Position numbers and translations under genes: made by a program
Shown here: positions 42,157 to 52,000 of the stretch, piece by piece
Layout of the letters: the number at the start of each line of letters is the position of its first letter
Numbering within the stretch: the stretch's first letter is position 1
Notes under the pieces: model-generated
What the model was told of the DNA's origin: nothing
Databases searched by the model: none
What the model saw: only the letters and a program-made list of their open reading frames with translations
NCBI GenBank assembly: GCA_963797095.1
Contig: CAWCNY010000002.1
Span: 128,001 to 192,000 of the forward strand
Origin: an uncultured Chloroflexia bacterium
Lineage (GTDB): Bacteria > Chloroflexota > Chloroflexia > QHBQ01 > JADMIH01
Length of the DNA: 64,000 nucleotides
Direction: 5' to 3'

Positions 42157-43410
42157 TCACTCTTGCCATTCGCGCAGCACCAGCACTCCGTTCTGGCCGC
42201 CGAAGCCGAAGCCGTTTACGAGGGCTGCGCGTATCTTCATGGCGCGGGCTTCGTTCGGCACATAGTCGAGGTCGCATTCGGGGTCGGGGTACTGGTAATT
42301 GATCGTTGGCGGGGCGATCCCCTCTTTGATGGCGAGGGTTGCCGCCACCGCCGAGAACGCCCCTGCTGCGCCCAGCGCGTGCCCTACCATGCTTTTGTTG
42401 GAGGACACAGGCACTTTGTAGGCCAGGTCGCCGAGGGCCTTCTTGATGGCCGCCGTTTCCGCCACATCGTTGAGTGGTGTGGACGTGCCGTGCGCCGCTA
42501 TATAGTCAATATCGTCGGGAGTAAGTCCTGTGTATTTGAGGGCGCGGGTGATCGCCTTGGCTGCGCCTACGCCGCCCGGTGCCGGGGCCGTCACATGGTA
42601 AGCATCGGCCGTCAATGCGCCCCCAAGCACTTCGGCGTAGATCTTCGCGCCGCGTGCGATGGCGCTCTCGGCGCTTTCTAGGATGGCGCAGGCTGCCCCT
42701 TCGCTGTAGACAAAGCCGTCGCGCTTCAAGTCGAACGGGCGGCTTACCTGTTCGGGTGGTAATTCACTGTTCTTCGATAGAGCCTGCATGTTGGCTAGAG
42801 AGGCTATCGCCAGGTCGGTGATGAACAACTCGGTGCCGCCGGTGATAGCCATCTCGGCCTCGCCTCGCATGATGAAATGGTAGGCATCCACGAAGGAGAA
42901 GATGCCGCTGGCACAGGCTGCCACGCTGGTGGTGGCGGGGCCATGTGTGCCCAATTGCAGCGACACCTGGCACGAGGCCATGTTGGAGATCATTGCAGGC
43001 AGCACCATCGGCGTGACCGAGCGCATCCCCTTGTCGCGCACGATCAGGCTTGCCTCTTGCATCACGTCGAGGCCGCCCCCGCCCGTCGCCATCACCACCG
43101 CCACATCGTCAGAGTTCTCCTCGGTTATCACATAGCCCGAGTCGTCAAGTGCCTGCTTTGCCACGGCCACAGCGTAATGCGCGAAGCGAGCCATCCGGCG
43201 CGCGGCCTTCGGCTCGATGTATTCGTCGGCGTTGAAGCCCTTCACCTCGCCTGCGATCTTTACAGGCGAGTTGGTGATATCGAATCGCGTGATATACGAA
43301 ATACCCGATTTCCCAGCTATCAGGTTGCGCCAGAACTCCTCTGTCGTGTTGCCAATAGGCGTCACGGCGCCAAGCCCGGTGATCACCACTCTTCTATTGC
43401 TATAAGCCAA
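42157..43410 (-). CDS. fabF: Beta-ketoacyl-ACP synthase II (paralog 2)
   Basis: RRVVITGLG, AACASG, AHGTST, GHALGAAG, FGFGGQN. Confidence 0.9.
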   Translation of the reverse strand: MAYSNRRVVITGLGAVTPIGNTTEEFWRNLIAGKSGISYITRFDITNSPVKIAGEVKGFNADEYIEPKAARRMARFAHYAVAVAKQALDDSGYVITEENSDDVAVVMATGGGGLDVMQEASLIVRDKGMRSVTPMVLPAMISNMASCQVSLQLGTHGPATTSVAACASGIFSFVDAYHFIMRGEAEMAITGGTELFITDLAIASLANMQALSKNSELPPEQVSRPFDLKRDGFVYSEGAACAILESAESAIARGAKIYAEVLGGALTADAYHVTAPAPGGVGAAKAITRALKYTGLTPDDIDYIAAHGTSTPLNDVAETAAIKKALGDLAYKVPVSSNKSMVGHALGAAGAFSAVAATLAIKEGIAPPTINYQYPDPECDLDYVPNEARAMKIRAALVNGFGFGGQNGVLVLREWQE

Positions 43411-43525
43411 TTCTATCTCCTCTTGCTTATTTATTTCAGGGGTACAGGGATAAGGTAACAGTCAGAAGTATGACTTCACACGATCCGCTGATGAAAATGT
43501 GGCGGGAAAATCTCCCTGTTCCTCC

Positions 43526-43637
43526 TGTCATCCTGGACGAAGTGAAGGATCTCGCTCTCCAGGATCATCTACAGGAGAGTACCAAGCCAAAAGGTATTTC
43601 GAAAGGATCGAGATCCTTCACTTCGTCCAGGATGACA
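43526..43637. repeat. REP-like 29-bp perfect inverted repeat
   Basis: TGTCATCCTGGACGAAGTGAAGGATCTCG (43526-54) and its exact reverse complement (43609-37). Confidence 0.85.
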
Positions 43638-43725
43638 ACCTCCTTGTTGGTTCGTTTCCTGGGGCATTTTCGTTAGTACTCTACTGACTAATCTCCACAC
43701 CTCTGCGTCTCTGCGGTAAATCCCT

Positions 43726-44955
43726 TCAGACTTTCTTCAAGATGATCGATGAATTATGCCCACCAAGCCCTATAGAGTTGGACAGCGCATACTCTACATT
43801 CAACTTGCGGGCCTCATTGGGAGTATAGTCAAGGTCGCATTCGGGGTCGGGATCTCGGTAGTTGATAGTTGGGGGTATTGTCCCATCGCGGATGGCGAGC
43901 GCACACGCTATTGCTTCTGTGGCTCCTGCCGCGCCCATCATGTGGCCCGTCATGCTCTTGGTGGACGAAATAGCCAGCTTGTAGGCATAATCTCCGAACA
44001 CCTTCTTGATTGCCATCGTCTCCACCCGGTCGTTGATAGGCGTGGACGTGCCGTGAGCGTTAATATAGTCGATCTTGAAGGGTGTGATACCCGCCTTGTG
44101 CAGCGCACGCTCCATAGTACGTGCCGCGCCTGCGCCCGTTTCCAACTGGGCAGCCATGTGGAATGCATCGTTGGTCGAGCCGTATCCGATGACCTCTGCA
44201 TAAATCGGCGCGCCCCTGTGCACGGCGCGCTCATATTCCTCCAGCACAAGCACAGCCGCACCCTCAGACAGCACGAACCCTGAGCGATTCTTGTCGAACG
44301 GTTTGCTTGCCGTCAATGGGTCAGGGTCGGTCGCCAGGGCGCGCATATTGATAAATCCCGCGATGATCACGGGCACTATCACCGTGTCGGTGCCTCCAGC
44401 GATCATTACATCGGCATCTCCCCTCAGGATCGTCTCCATCAACTCGCCAATAGCGTGCCCTCCGGTGGCGCAGGCCGAGACAACCGCCATGTTGGGGCCT
44501 TTAGCGCCTGTGGCGATGGCGACCTGCCCCGAAGCGGAGTCGGCCAGGAAGTTGGGCAGGAAGTGGGGCGAGACACGCCGGGGGCCGCGCTCTTCGAGCA
44601 CTTTTTGCTGGGAGATCAGCGTACCGACACCCGCCGCAGCGGTGCCGAAGATGATCCCGACACGGTCGGGGTCCTCCTGCCCCATGTGAAGGTGGGCATC
44701 CTTGAGGGCTTGCTCGGTGGCGGCGATGGCGAACTGGACCGAGCGGTCCATGTGGCGCGCTTCTTTGGGGTCGATCCAGTCCTCAGGGACGAAGCCTTTG
44801 ACCTCCCCGGCGGTCTTGATGGCGAAGTCAGTGGTGTCGAAAAGGGTGATCTCCGAAATGCCCGACTTACCCGCGATCAGGTTGGCCCACATCTCCGTCG
44901 GGTTATTCCCCACCGGCGACAGCCCGCCCACACCTGTTATCACTACCCTGCGCAT
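43726..44955 (-). CDS. fabF: Beta-ketoacyl-ACP synthase II (paralog 1)
   Basis: SACATG, NAHGTSTP, GHMMGAAG, IGLGGHN. Confidence 0.92.
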   Translation of the reverse strand: MRRVVITGVGGLSPVGNNPTEMWANLIAGKSGISEITLFDTTDFAIKTAGEVKGFVPEDWIDPKEARHMDRSVQFAIAATEQALKDAHLHMGQEDPDRVGIIFGTAAAGVGTLISQQKVLEERGPRRVSPHFLPNFLADSASGQVAIATGAKGPNMAVVSACATGGHAIGELMETILRGDADVMIAGGTDTVIVPVIIAGFINMRALATDPDPLTASKPFDKNRSGFVLSEGAAVLVLEEYERAVHRGAPIYAEVIGYGSTNDAFHMAAQLETGAGAARTMERALHKAGITPFKIDYINAHGTSTPINDRVETMAIKKVFGDYAYKLAISSTKSMTGHMMGAAGATEAIACALAIRDGTIPPTINYRDPDPECDLDYTPNEARKLNVEYALSNSIGLGGHNSSIILKKV

Positions 44956-45010
44956 GTTTTCATAGCCCTCAACTTTCTAAACACTGAATGTTAGCTCTCT
45001 ATAGTCTATT

Positions 45011-45913
45011 TTACGAAAAGAACGGCGGACTGGTGAATATGTAATTCTGATATGACCCGCACGGCTCATCGCTCATGAAGAAGGCGAGGAAGGCATCGAT
45101 CTGGCAGCCCCGCCCAAGCAAGTGATCGACCGCATGGGTGTTGATGAGAGGCACTTCGACGCCGAAATTATGCCCTGCTGCGGCTGCCAGCTTTTCCGCG
45201 TGGGCCAGCACAGCGGGATAATCCTCCGCATTTAGCAGGGCGAATGGCCCGTTGCTGCGCCCCGTATAACCGTAGCCCGCGATTTGCTCTCCGCGCTTGT
45301 AGAGATACCCTTGCCTCGTCGCAGCCAGCCATACATGGCCAACATCACGACCATATCCTAGCACAAAACGGTCAACCGCGCGGATCGCCGCCAGGTTGTT
45401 GGCTATAGGTGACACCGGCTCAAATGTGAGGTCGGATTCCAGGCTCACGTCCTCCGGTGTGCGCGAAAAGTAGTAGATGGGAGTGCGGGGGTAGACTTTT
45501 TGCTTGAGGTAGCGGGCGATGGCTCGCGTGTCGGTGGTGGCGACGACTACCCGGTGCCTGGCCCCTTCCGCCGGAAATGCGCGTGACAGCAATTCGCGCC
45601 CGACCCCCGCCGATTGGCGGCCCGGCAACACAAAGAACTCGGTCAGTTGCCGAACGTCTTCGCGCAGGATCGATTGGGCATAGCCGATTATACTGCCATC
45701 CTGCTCGGCCACCCACAGCTGGTACGACGTGCGCTCCAGGTGCTCGAAAAGGGGGCGGCGCTCCTCCCACAACTTCTGCATCACGGCAGGGTCGTTGCCG
45801 CCCGTGATCGCCATGGTGCCCATGCGCCTGCCCAGGTCGATTATAGTCTCCTGGAAGACCAGAAATAGGGAGTACGTATCGTCGGGCGTGCCCCGGCGGA
45901 AATTTACGCTCAT
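45011..45913 (-). CDS. GNAT family acetyltransferase
   Basis: FVLPGRQSAGVGRELL acetyl-CoA-binding motif A. Confidence 0.75.
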   Translation of the reverse strand: MSVNFRRGTPDDTYSLFLVFQETIIDLGRRMGTMAITGGNDPAVMQKLWEERRPLFEHLERTSYQLWVAEQDGSIIGYAQSILREDVRQLTEFFVLPGRQSAGVGRELLSRAFPAEGARHRVVVATTDTRAIARYLKQKVYPRTPIYYFSRTPEDVSLESDLTFEPVSPIANNLAAIRAVDRFVLGYGRDVGHVWLAATRQGYLYKRGEQIAGYGYTGRSNGPFALLNAEDYPAVLAHAEKLAAAAGHNFGVEVPLINTHAVDHLLGRGCQIDAFLAFFMSDEPCGSYQNYIFTSPPFFS

Positions 45914-45921
45914 CTCACGGC

Positions 45922-46854
45922 TTACGCATCCGCGCCGCGCATGACATCATCCAGCTTGAGCACCTGTACTTCGTCTGAGATGCGCCTGATCAAGCCCGAA
46001 AGCACCTGGCCGGGACCGACTTCGATAAATGTGCCAACGCCTTCTTCCACCATCTGGCGCACCGAAGCGACCCATGCGACCGGCTTGCAAAGATGGTCCG
46101 CAAGCTCGGTCTTCACGTCCTCGGCGGTCCTGAGCACGGTGCCGGTCACATTAGCGACAAGAGGCACCAGCGGATCGGTCAGGTGGATGTTGCTGATAAG
46201 CTGGTTGAGATGCTCGCCTGCCTGCTGCATGAGCGGCGAATGGGAGGCGATGCTGATGGCGAGGCGTGCCACGCGGGCCGCGCCATCTTTGCGCGCAAGG
46301 TCCATAGCCTTCAGGAGCGCATCAACCTCGCCCGAAATCACTGTTTGAATAGGCGAGTTGGAGTTGGCGATCACCACTATGCCCACGGAGCCTGCTTCTT
46401 CTACCACGCGCTGCAATCGTTCGAGCGCGAGGCCGATCACGGCGGCCATGCCGCCCGGCTTCTTATCCCCTTCTTCCTTCATGAGGCGGCCACGCTCTTG
46501 CACAAGGCGCAAGCCGTCGGCGAAAGAGAGCGAGCCTGCCGCCACCAGCGCCGTATACTCGCCCAGCGAGTGCCCCGCCACGAAGGCAGGCTCGATCTCC
46601 TGCCCCGATATACGCAACCGTTCGCGCAACGCCTCAAGGTAGGCGATGCTTACGGTCAGGATGGCAGGCTGCGCGTACTGAGTGTCGTTGAGCATATCCT
46701 CAGGCCCCTCGAAGCATATCTTGCTCAGAGAATACCCAAGCACGCTATCGGCCTCATCGAACACCGCCCGCGCGGCAGGCGAACTGATATACGCTTCGCG
46801 GCCCATGCCGACGAACTGCGAACCCTGCCCTGGAAAAACGAAGCTTGTTTTCAT
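45922..46854 (-). CDS. fabD: Malonyl-CoA:ACP transacylase
   Basis: FVFPGQGSQ, AQPAIL, GHSLGEY, ASHS, EVGPG. Confidence 0.95.
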   Translation of the reverse strand: MKTSFVFPGQGSQFVGMGREAYISSPAARAVFDEADSVLGYSLSKICFEGPEDMLNDTQYAQPAILTVSIAYLEALRERLRISGQEIEPAFVAGHSLGEYTALVAAGSLSFADGLRLVQERGRLMKEEGDKKPGGMAAVIGLALERLQRVVEEAGSVGIVVIANSNSPIQTVISGEVDALLKAMDLARKDGAARVARLAISIASHSPLMQQAGEHLNQLISNIHLTDPLVPLVANVTGTVLRTAEDVKTELADHLCKPVAWVASVRQMVEEGVGTFIEVGPGQVLSGLIRRISDEVQVLKLDDVMRGADA

Positions 46855-46962
46855 AGTCCCTGCTGCGTGCTACGCACTACGTACTACGTACCGCGTATTG
46901 TGTATTGCGTACTGCGCGATCATGCAAACAACGAAGTACGAAATACGCAGTACGCAATATGT

Positions 46963-47721
46963 CTAAAACATCACCATTCCACCATCTACATTAACGACCT
47001 GACCATTGACATAGGAAGCCATGTCAGAGGCTAGGAAAACGATTGTGTTTGCCACATCGTTGGGTTGGCCGTAACGCTCGGCGGGAATGGTTTTCAGCAT
47101 CTCCGCTTTGAGGGTGTCGGGAAGGCTCGCTGTTATATCTGTTTCGATGAAGCCGGGCGCGATGGCATTAGCAGTTATATTACGCCCGCCAACTTCACGC
47201 GCTATCGACTTTGTGAATCCGATAATGCCCGCCTTAGCCGCCGCATAGTTGGCTTGCCCGGCATTTCCGGTAAGGCCCACTACGCTGGCTATACTAATTA
47301 TACGCCCCCACCTGTTCCTGAGCATAGGCCGCAGCACGGCTCGCGTGCAGAAGTATGCTGAGCGCAGATTGGTGTCCATCACCGCGTCCCATTCTGCCTG
47401 CGACATGCGCATCATCAGGTTGTCGCGTGTGATACCCGCGTTATTGACCAGGATATCGATCTTGCCCCAGTCTTTGACAAGGCCGCTTACCATAGCGTCT
47501 ACTTCGTCGGCCTTGCTCACATCGGCTTTGATCGCGATTGCCTCGCCGCCCGCCCCGGTGATTGCCTCGACAACCTCCTGGGCAGCCGCTTCGCTTGAGT
47601 TGTAGTTGACGGCTACTTTCGCACCCGCCTCACCCAGCTTGAGGGCGGTAGCCCGCCCAATACCACGCCCAGCTCCTGTGACCAGCGCTACTTTTCCCAT
47701 AAGGTCAAGCGTGATTGGCAA
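46963..47721 (-). CDS. fabG: 3-oxoacyl-ACP reductase
   Basis: TGAGRGIG, NNAGITRD, NYAAAK, VDGGM. Confidence 0.95.
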   Translation of the reverse strand: MPITLDLMGKVALVTGAGRGIGRATALKLGEAGAKVAVNYNSSEAAAQEVVEAITGAGGEAIAIKADVSKADEVDAMVSGLVKDWGKIDILVNNAGITRDNLMMRMSQAEWDAVMDTNLRSAYFCTRAVLRPMLRNRWGRIISIASVVGLTGNAGQANYAAAKAGIIGFTKSIAREVGGRNITANAIAPGFIETDITASLPDTLKAEMLKTIPAERYGQPNDVANTIVFLASDMASYVNGQVVNVDGGMVMF

Positions 47722-47810
47722 TCTCGCCTCCGTTTGACGCGAGACAGCCGCCCATTGGCGACCGCATTATCTCTTTAGCGTCTACCATCGTTTCTTTCAT
47801 ATCTTTCGAC

Positions 47811-47859
47811 AAAAAAAGCACCCTCACGGCTGAACAATACTCTCAACGCTGAGGATACT
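47811..47859 (-). terminator. Hairpin + U7 in the fabG leader
   Basis: Minus strand AGTATCCTCA...TGAGGGTGCTTTTTTT between the promoter and fabG. Confidence 0.6.
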
Positions 47860-47880
47860 CCACTCTAAGTATACCGAGAA

Positions 47881-47909
47881 TATATACCAGATGGCAAGTG
47901 CCCTGTCAA
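47881..47909 (-). promoter_or_regulatory. Sigma70 promoter of the fab operon
   Basis: Minus strand TTGACA-17 bp-TATATA with extended TG. Confidence 0.6.
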
Positions 47910-47937
47910 CAGGTTGCTTCGGGGTGCGCGCCATCGT

Positions 47938-49513
47938 TTAGGCGACTTTTCTGAGAGGGCGAGTTTTGGGCCAGCATTGCTCCCACCTCTCACTGAGCAG
48001 TTCGGCTCTCAGTGTCAGCACCCCTTGTGCTCCTGGTTTGCTCCAACACATGCCTGCTCCCTTGAGACGGGCACCAATCAGCCGCTTGCATGCACTCTCC
48101 ACCGTGCCTGAACCAACTGGGAAGCCCAATGCCCGGTACTCGGAGTAGCGCATCCTCTCTTTGTTCGTCTGGAAGTAATGAATCTGCTCTCGTGCCGCTT
48201 CTCCCGCCTCCCCTTCACGTTTGCTCTCTCTGTGTAGAGCCACAATGACTGCTTCTACCCTTCCCTCCCATAATTCCTTCTCCCAACGCTTCACCCATCT
48301 TGCGGCGTCTGGTGTGCCCTGCCCGAAGATACCATTACCTGCTTGCCACAGGTGCTCCATGGCGTGATACCAGTCGAGTACCTCTACCCTGTTGGCAAAG
48401 TGCTCATCGAACTGTATCCAGTTGGTGGGTGCCCCATCTCCCAGACATACAACCTGCTCCTCAGGGCCTATCCCTCTCCTCCATGCTTCAGCACTCAACC
48501 GCTTTCCTGCCCGCTCCATCGAGCCGACCTCCGCCACATAGCTCTGATGGGTGGCTCTTGCCCCCTCTATCTCTCCTGCTTCGTTGTATGCAGGCTCGGC
48601 CCAAAACACCACTCCCGCTTTAGCGTCATGCCACCCATCTTCGTAGCGCACCTTGCCAGCGTCCAGCGTCGCCGCCCATGTGCCCAAGCCCAATGCTCCA
48701 TCTGCAACCTTTGAACCTTTCTGAGAGGTGGGACTTGCCCCTAGCGTTTGATCTTCTGCTTGCAAGCTCTCCTCTCCTCTTGCAAGCTCTCCTCTTGCAA
48801 GCTCTCCTCTTGCAAGCTCTCCTCTTGCAAGCTCTCCTCTCCTCTTGCAAGCTCTCCTCTCCTCTTGCAAGCTCTCCTCTCCTCTTGCAAGCTCTCCTCT
48901 TCTCTCCTCTTGCAAGCTCTCCTCTAATGTAAGCCCCCTCCTCTAATGTAAGCCCCCTCTGTTCAGTCATGCGCTCGGCTTCTCTTGGAGAGACCGACAT
49001 GCCAGTGAGTACCTCCACTGCATGTGCAGCCTGCTCGAAAGGCATCTGCACACCCAGCAGGCACACTCCTTGTTGCACTCCGTCCGAGAAGTGTTCCCGT
49101 GCGGGTATGCCTAGAGCCTCATCCAGCGGGTAGCGTCCGGTGCCACACCCTTTACAGTAGAAGTAACCTCTCTCCAATGTGACCGTGCCTACCCATGTTT
49201 GCACAGTGCGCCGCTGCTTACCCTTGTACTGGGGTGTCTGCCCGCAGTCACACTGCTTGTGCCCAAGCAGCCATTCTTCCTCTATCATGGCACGATGCAG
49301 TTGGGCTGCGGCTTCTAAGGCTGAGGCGAAACAGTCCGAGCGCAGTTGACGTGCTCTTTCTTCGAGACTGCTCAAAGTAGCATCCGGGTTGCGTTGAGCA
49401 TATATCCAAAGTTGTTTGACGAGCCCCTCAAATTCCTTCACAATACTAGTGAGGGAGGTACTAGTGAGGGCAGGTGACAGGTCGCAAACGGCCTGAAACT
49501 CGCTACTCTGCAT
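47938..49513 (-). pseudogene. ISKra4-like transposase frameshifted by a repeat expansion
   Basis: YFYCKGC..RYPLDE, GDGA, LDWYHA, GSGTVESACK; split into ORFs 48626-49513 and 47938-48915. Confidence 0.85.
48760..48959. repeat. Tandem array: 9x TGCAAGCTCTCCTCT (15/20/25-bp periods) plus a 19-bp duplication
   Basis: Copies at 48761, 48781, 48796, 48811, 48826, 48846, 48866, 48886, 48911; CTCTAATGTAAGCCCCCTC x2. Confidence 0.92.
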
Positions 49514-49837
49514 GATACCCTCCAGGATTTCGGCCTTAGCCGGGATGTCTTCACCTAGAGGGTATCATTTTTCTTTCCTTCCTAAAAGATGGCGCGCACC
49601 CGTTGCTTCGTTGCTTCGCAGGGTCTATTCAAAGTCGGAGCAGGAGGGCGTTCTCCTTTAGAATAAGGTTGCAAGACCACAAAACTAAGGGAGAAATGCT
49701 TGAACACCTCATCGTCGGCAAGGGCCAACATCAAAGGCCCCGTCTTGATGGAGATTTTAGCTGGGATGCCTGATTTCCGCAAAGCTAAGTGAAGTTGAAG
49801 CTGAAGTAAGCAGACGCAAGCGTGCACTGAAGATCGT

Positions 49838-49880
49838 TCAACAAGAGAGGGACCGCAGTTGGCGGTCCCTCTCTTGTTGA
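49838..49880. terminator. Terminator hairpin downstream of the passenger fragment
   Basis: TCAACAAGAGAGGGACCGC-N5-GCGGTCCCTCTCTTGTTGA. Confidence 0.75.
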
Positions 49881-49896
49881 TTTCGGGCGATACTCT

Positions 49897-50478
49897 TTAT
49901 TTCAGTGTAACCATCACAGGGATAGTGCCTGTGCCGCTGTCGAGTGCGCCAAGGGCCTTACCGATTGTAGCTCCTGATGCCAGTACGCGGTCGTTACCTT
50001 TGATCGCGTAGCCGGGGTTGGTGCTGGCTTTCTTCACAGTTACCACAGGGATTGAGCCCAGCACCGGTGGGCCGTTGCCTACGATTGTAACTATATCCCC
50101 GGCTTCCAGGGTATCCGTACCGGCGTTTTGCATAACGTCGACAACGTAACCGGCTTTGGAACCCGCCACATAGAGATTACCTTCCATCCTTACAGAGCCG
50201 TTTACCTCAAGGCCCGATGTGGGTTGCGTTGGGCCCAACGCAGTATCGACGAAAAGTGAATATGTGCCAGCATTATTCGACTTGATGTAACCGCCTCGGT
50301 AGTTACCGCTAGTCGCTTCAACGCCATATGAGCTGTCGCCGGAAGCAGAGCCCTTTAGAGCGGAGCGTGCTGCATCGGTGCTGCTGGAGTAAAGCCCCTT
50401 TCCGCCAATGAAATAACCCCCATAATCACCGGAAGGGCTGACTCCCGGGCGTGTTCCATTATAGTGTTTAGGAACGGA
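49897..50478 (-). pseudogene. 5'-truncated remnant of a Gly-rich secreted/tail-like protein
   Basis: Frame open from ~50478 with no plausible start; ends IGKALGAL...IPVMVTLK; lies next to the IS end. Confidence 0.5.
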
Positions 50479-51771
50479 TTATGGTACTGCAAAAGGCGGA
50501 GGTTACTGTCCCAGAAGCGGTTGATGAGTTTTGCAGAAGATGCAGCACCACACACTATGAAGGCAGCAAGCACTCCCCCTTCGCTCTTGTAGCCCCGTAC
50601 TGTATGAGAGCGCACTTTGCCGTTGCCTATCATCTGCTCAGTCAGGTTGTTGGTGGCAGGCACTCCCAATTGTACTCCCTTCTCGGTCAGATAGAGGCGA
50701 TACTTGCGCCAATTCTCCATCAGTTGCACGATCAGCCTGGCCAAGCTCTGTAACGGTGTGTCTTGTTCCCGACGCTTGCGGTGTCCGCACTCCTTTTGGA
50801 CTGTTTGCCACAACTCCAACAGCCGCTCATCCCCCTTCTGGGGCATCTCCTCCACTAACCATCTCACTTCAGCTAGCACTCCCGGCCACACGGGCCAATC
50901 CTCCTCCACAGATAGTTTCTTCTCCAGGTCAAGCAGTGCCTTGCCTACCCACCTCAGCATATGGAAACGGCACAACTGCCTGCCCACCTGCAGTTCTTCT
51001 TCTACAGTGTTGTAGGTGGTCAGATCATCGGTGACAATCACCTCTACCCCTAACTCTGAGACCAGCGGGCGGAGCCAGCGGCACACTGCCTGTGGGTCAT
51101 TCTCATCTACTACTTCCATAGAGACCATCTGCCCGTTAGAGACCATCTGCCCGTTAGAGACCATCTGCCCGTTGCCCATGTCCACAGCCACCATTACCCC
51201 TGTGGTCTCCCCATTCAGGCGTATCCATGCCCCATCTACTCCAAGTACTCGCACCTTGTGCTTTTGTTGCTGGGCTTTGGCTCTGTGGCGTAGCTTCTTC
51301 CCTTTCTCCTTCCCTTTCTCCTTCCCTTTCTCCTTCCCTTTCTCCTTCCCTTTCTCCTGCACTACTCGCCAACCACTCATCCTACCTATCCTCATGCCCT
51401 CGCCAAAAGCTGAGAAGATGACGCCTACTCCCCGCAAACTCAACCCCATCGCCCAAGCCATTGCTGCCAGGCATCTCAGCCTTTGGCTCATGTCCGCTTT
51501 ATCTACACCTTGTGGATACCAGCGGAAGGTGTGCTTACACTGTGCATTGGTACACCTGTAGCGATTAGCGATACACCTGTAGCTCTTCCCATTCGGTGTC
51601 TCTTAGTGGTTTGGAGGCGATGCCCCACTTTTGCAATATCTCACATGAGCACTTGGGACACTGACGAGGACGACCACAAGAGGCCGGATTGAGATTGACA
51701 CAGGGTAGCTGAATGCGGACAATTGCCATGAGCAGGTGCTCCTTGTACTGGTTTGGTTTGGTCACCTCCAT
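50355..51771 (-). pseudogene. DDE transposase interrupted by a 7-bp duplication
   Basis: CPKC...C..C zinc ribbon, GVDG, VTDD, QLCRFH, TNNLTE; TAGCGAT x2 at 51559-72 breaks the frame. Confidence 0.8.
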
Positions 51772-51860
51772 ATTACAAGGCTCCTGCTCGTTTCTCTACC
51801 CTTTCTTTTCTCGCTTTTCTGCCTCTTTCCTTACACTTCCACCGCTCCTGGGACAGTTAC
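50502..51860 (-). mobile_element. IS256/ISH6-like (Mutator-type) insertion sequence
   Basis: IRs GTTACTGTCCCAGAAGCGGT / ACCGCTCCTGGGACAGTTAC (18/20 match). Confidence 0.75.
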
Positions 51861-52000
51861 GTTGCTTCTTGCGCATTTATCTGTTGAATCACAGAGGCAT
51901 AGAGGTTTTGTTGGGAACACGAAGGTATGAAGGTAGGCGAAGGACACGAAGGGTTCTTTTGGTCGCTTTGTAAGAGTGGACCGCACCGATAGGTGTACCC

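Larger units (their letters stand above)
47922..49601 (-). mobile_element. ISKra4/ISLre2-like insertion sequence
   Basis: IRs GGGTGCGCGCCATCGTTTAGG / CCTAAAAGATGGCGCGCACCC (20/21 match); flanking direct repeat GTTGCTTCG. Confidence 0.88.

Noticed and set aside
46093-47034. 313-aa + strand ORF
   Set aside because: Antisense to fabD and includes translated heptamer repeats
48760-48925. Possible CRISPR array
   Set aside because: Units are 15-25 bp with no unique spacers, lie inside a transposase, and no cas genes are present
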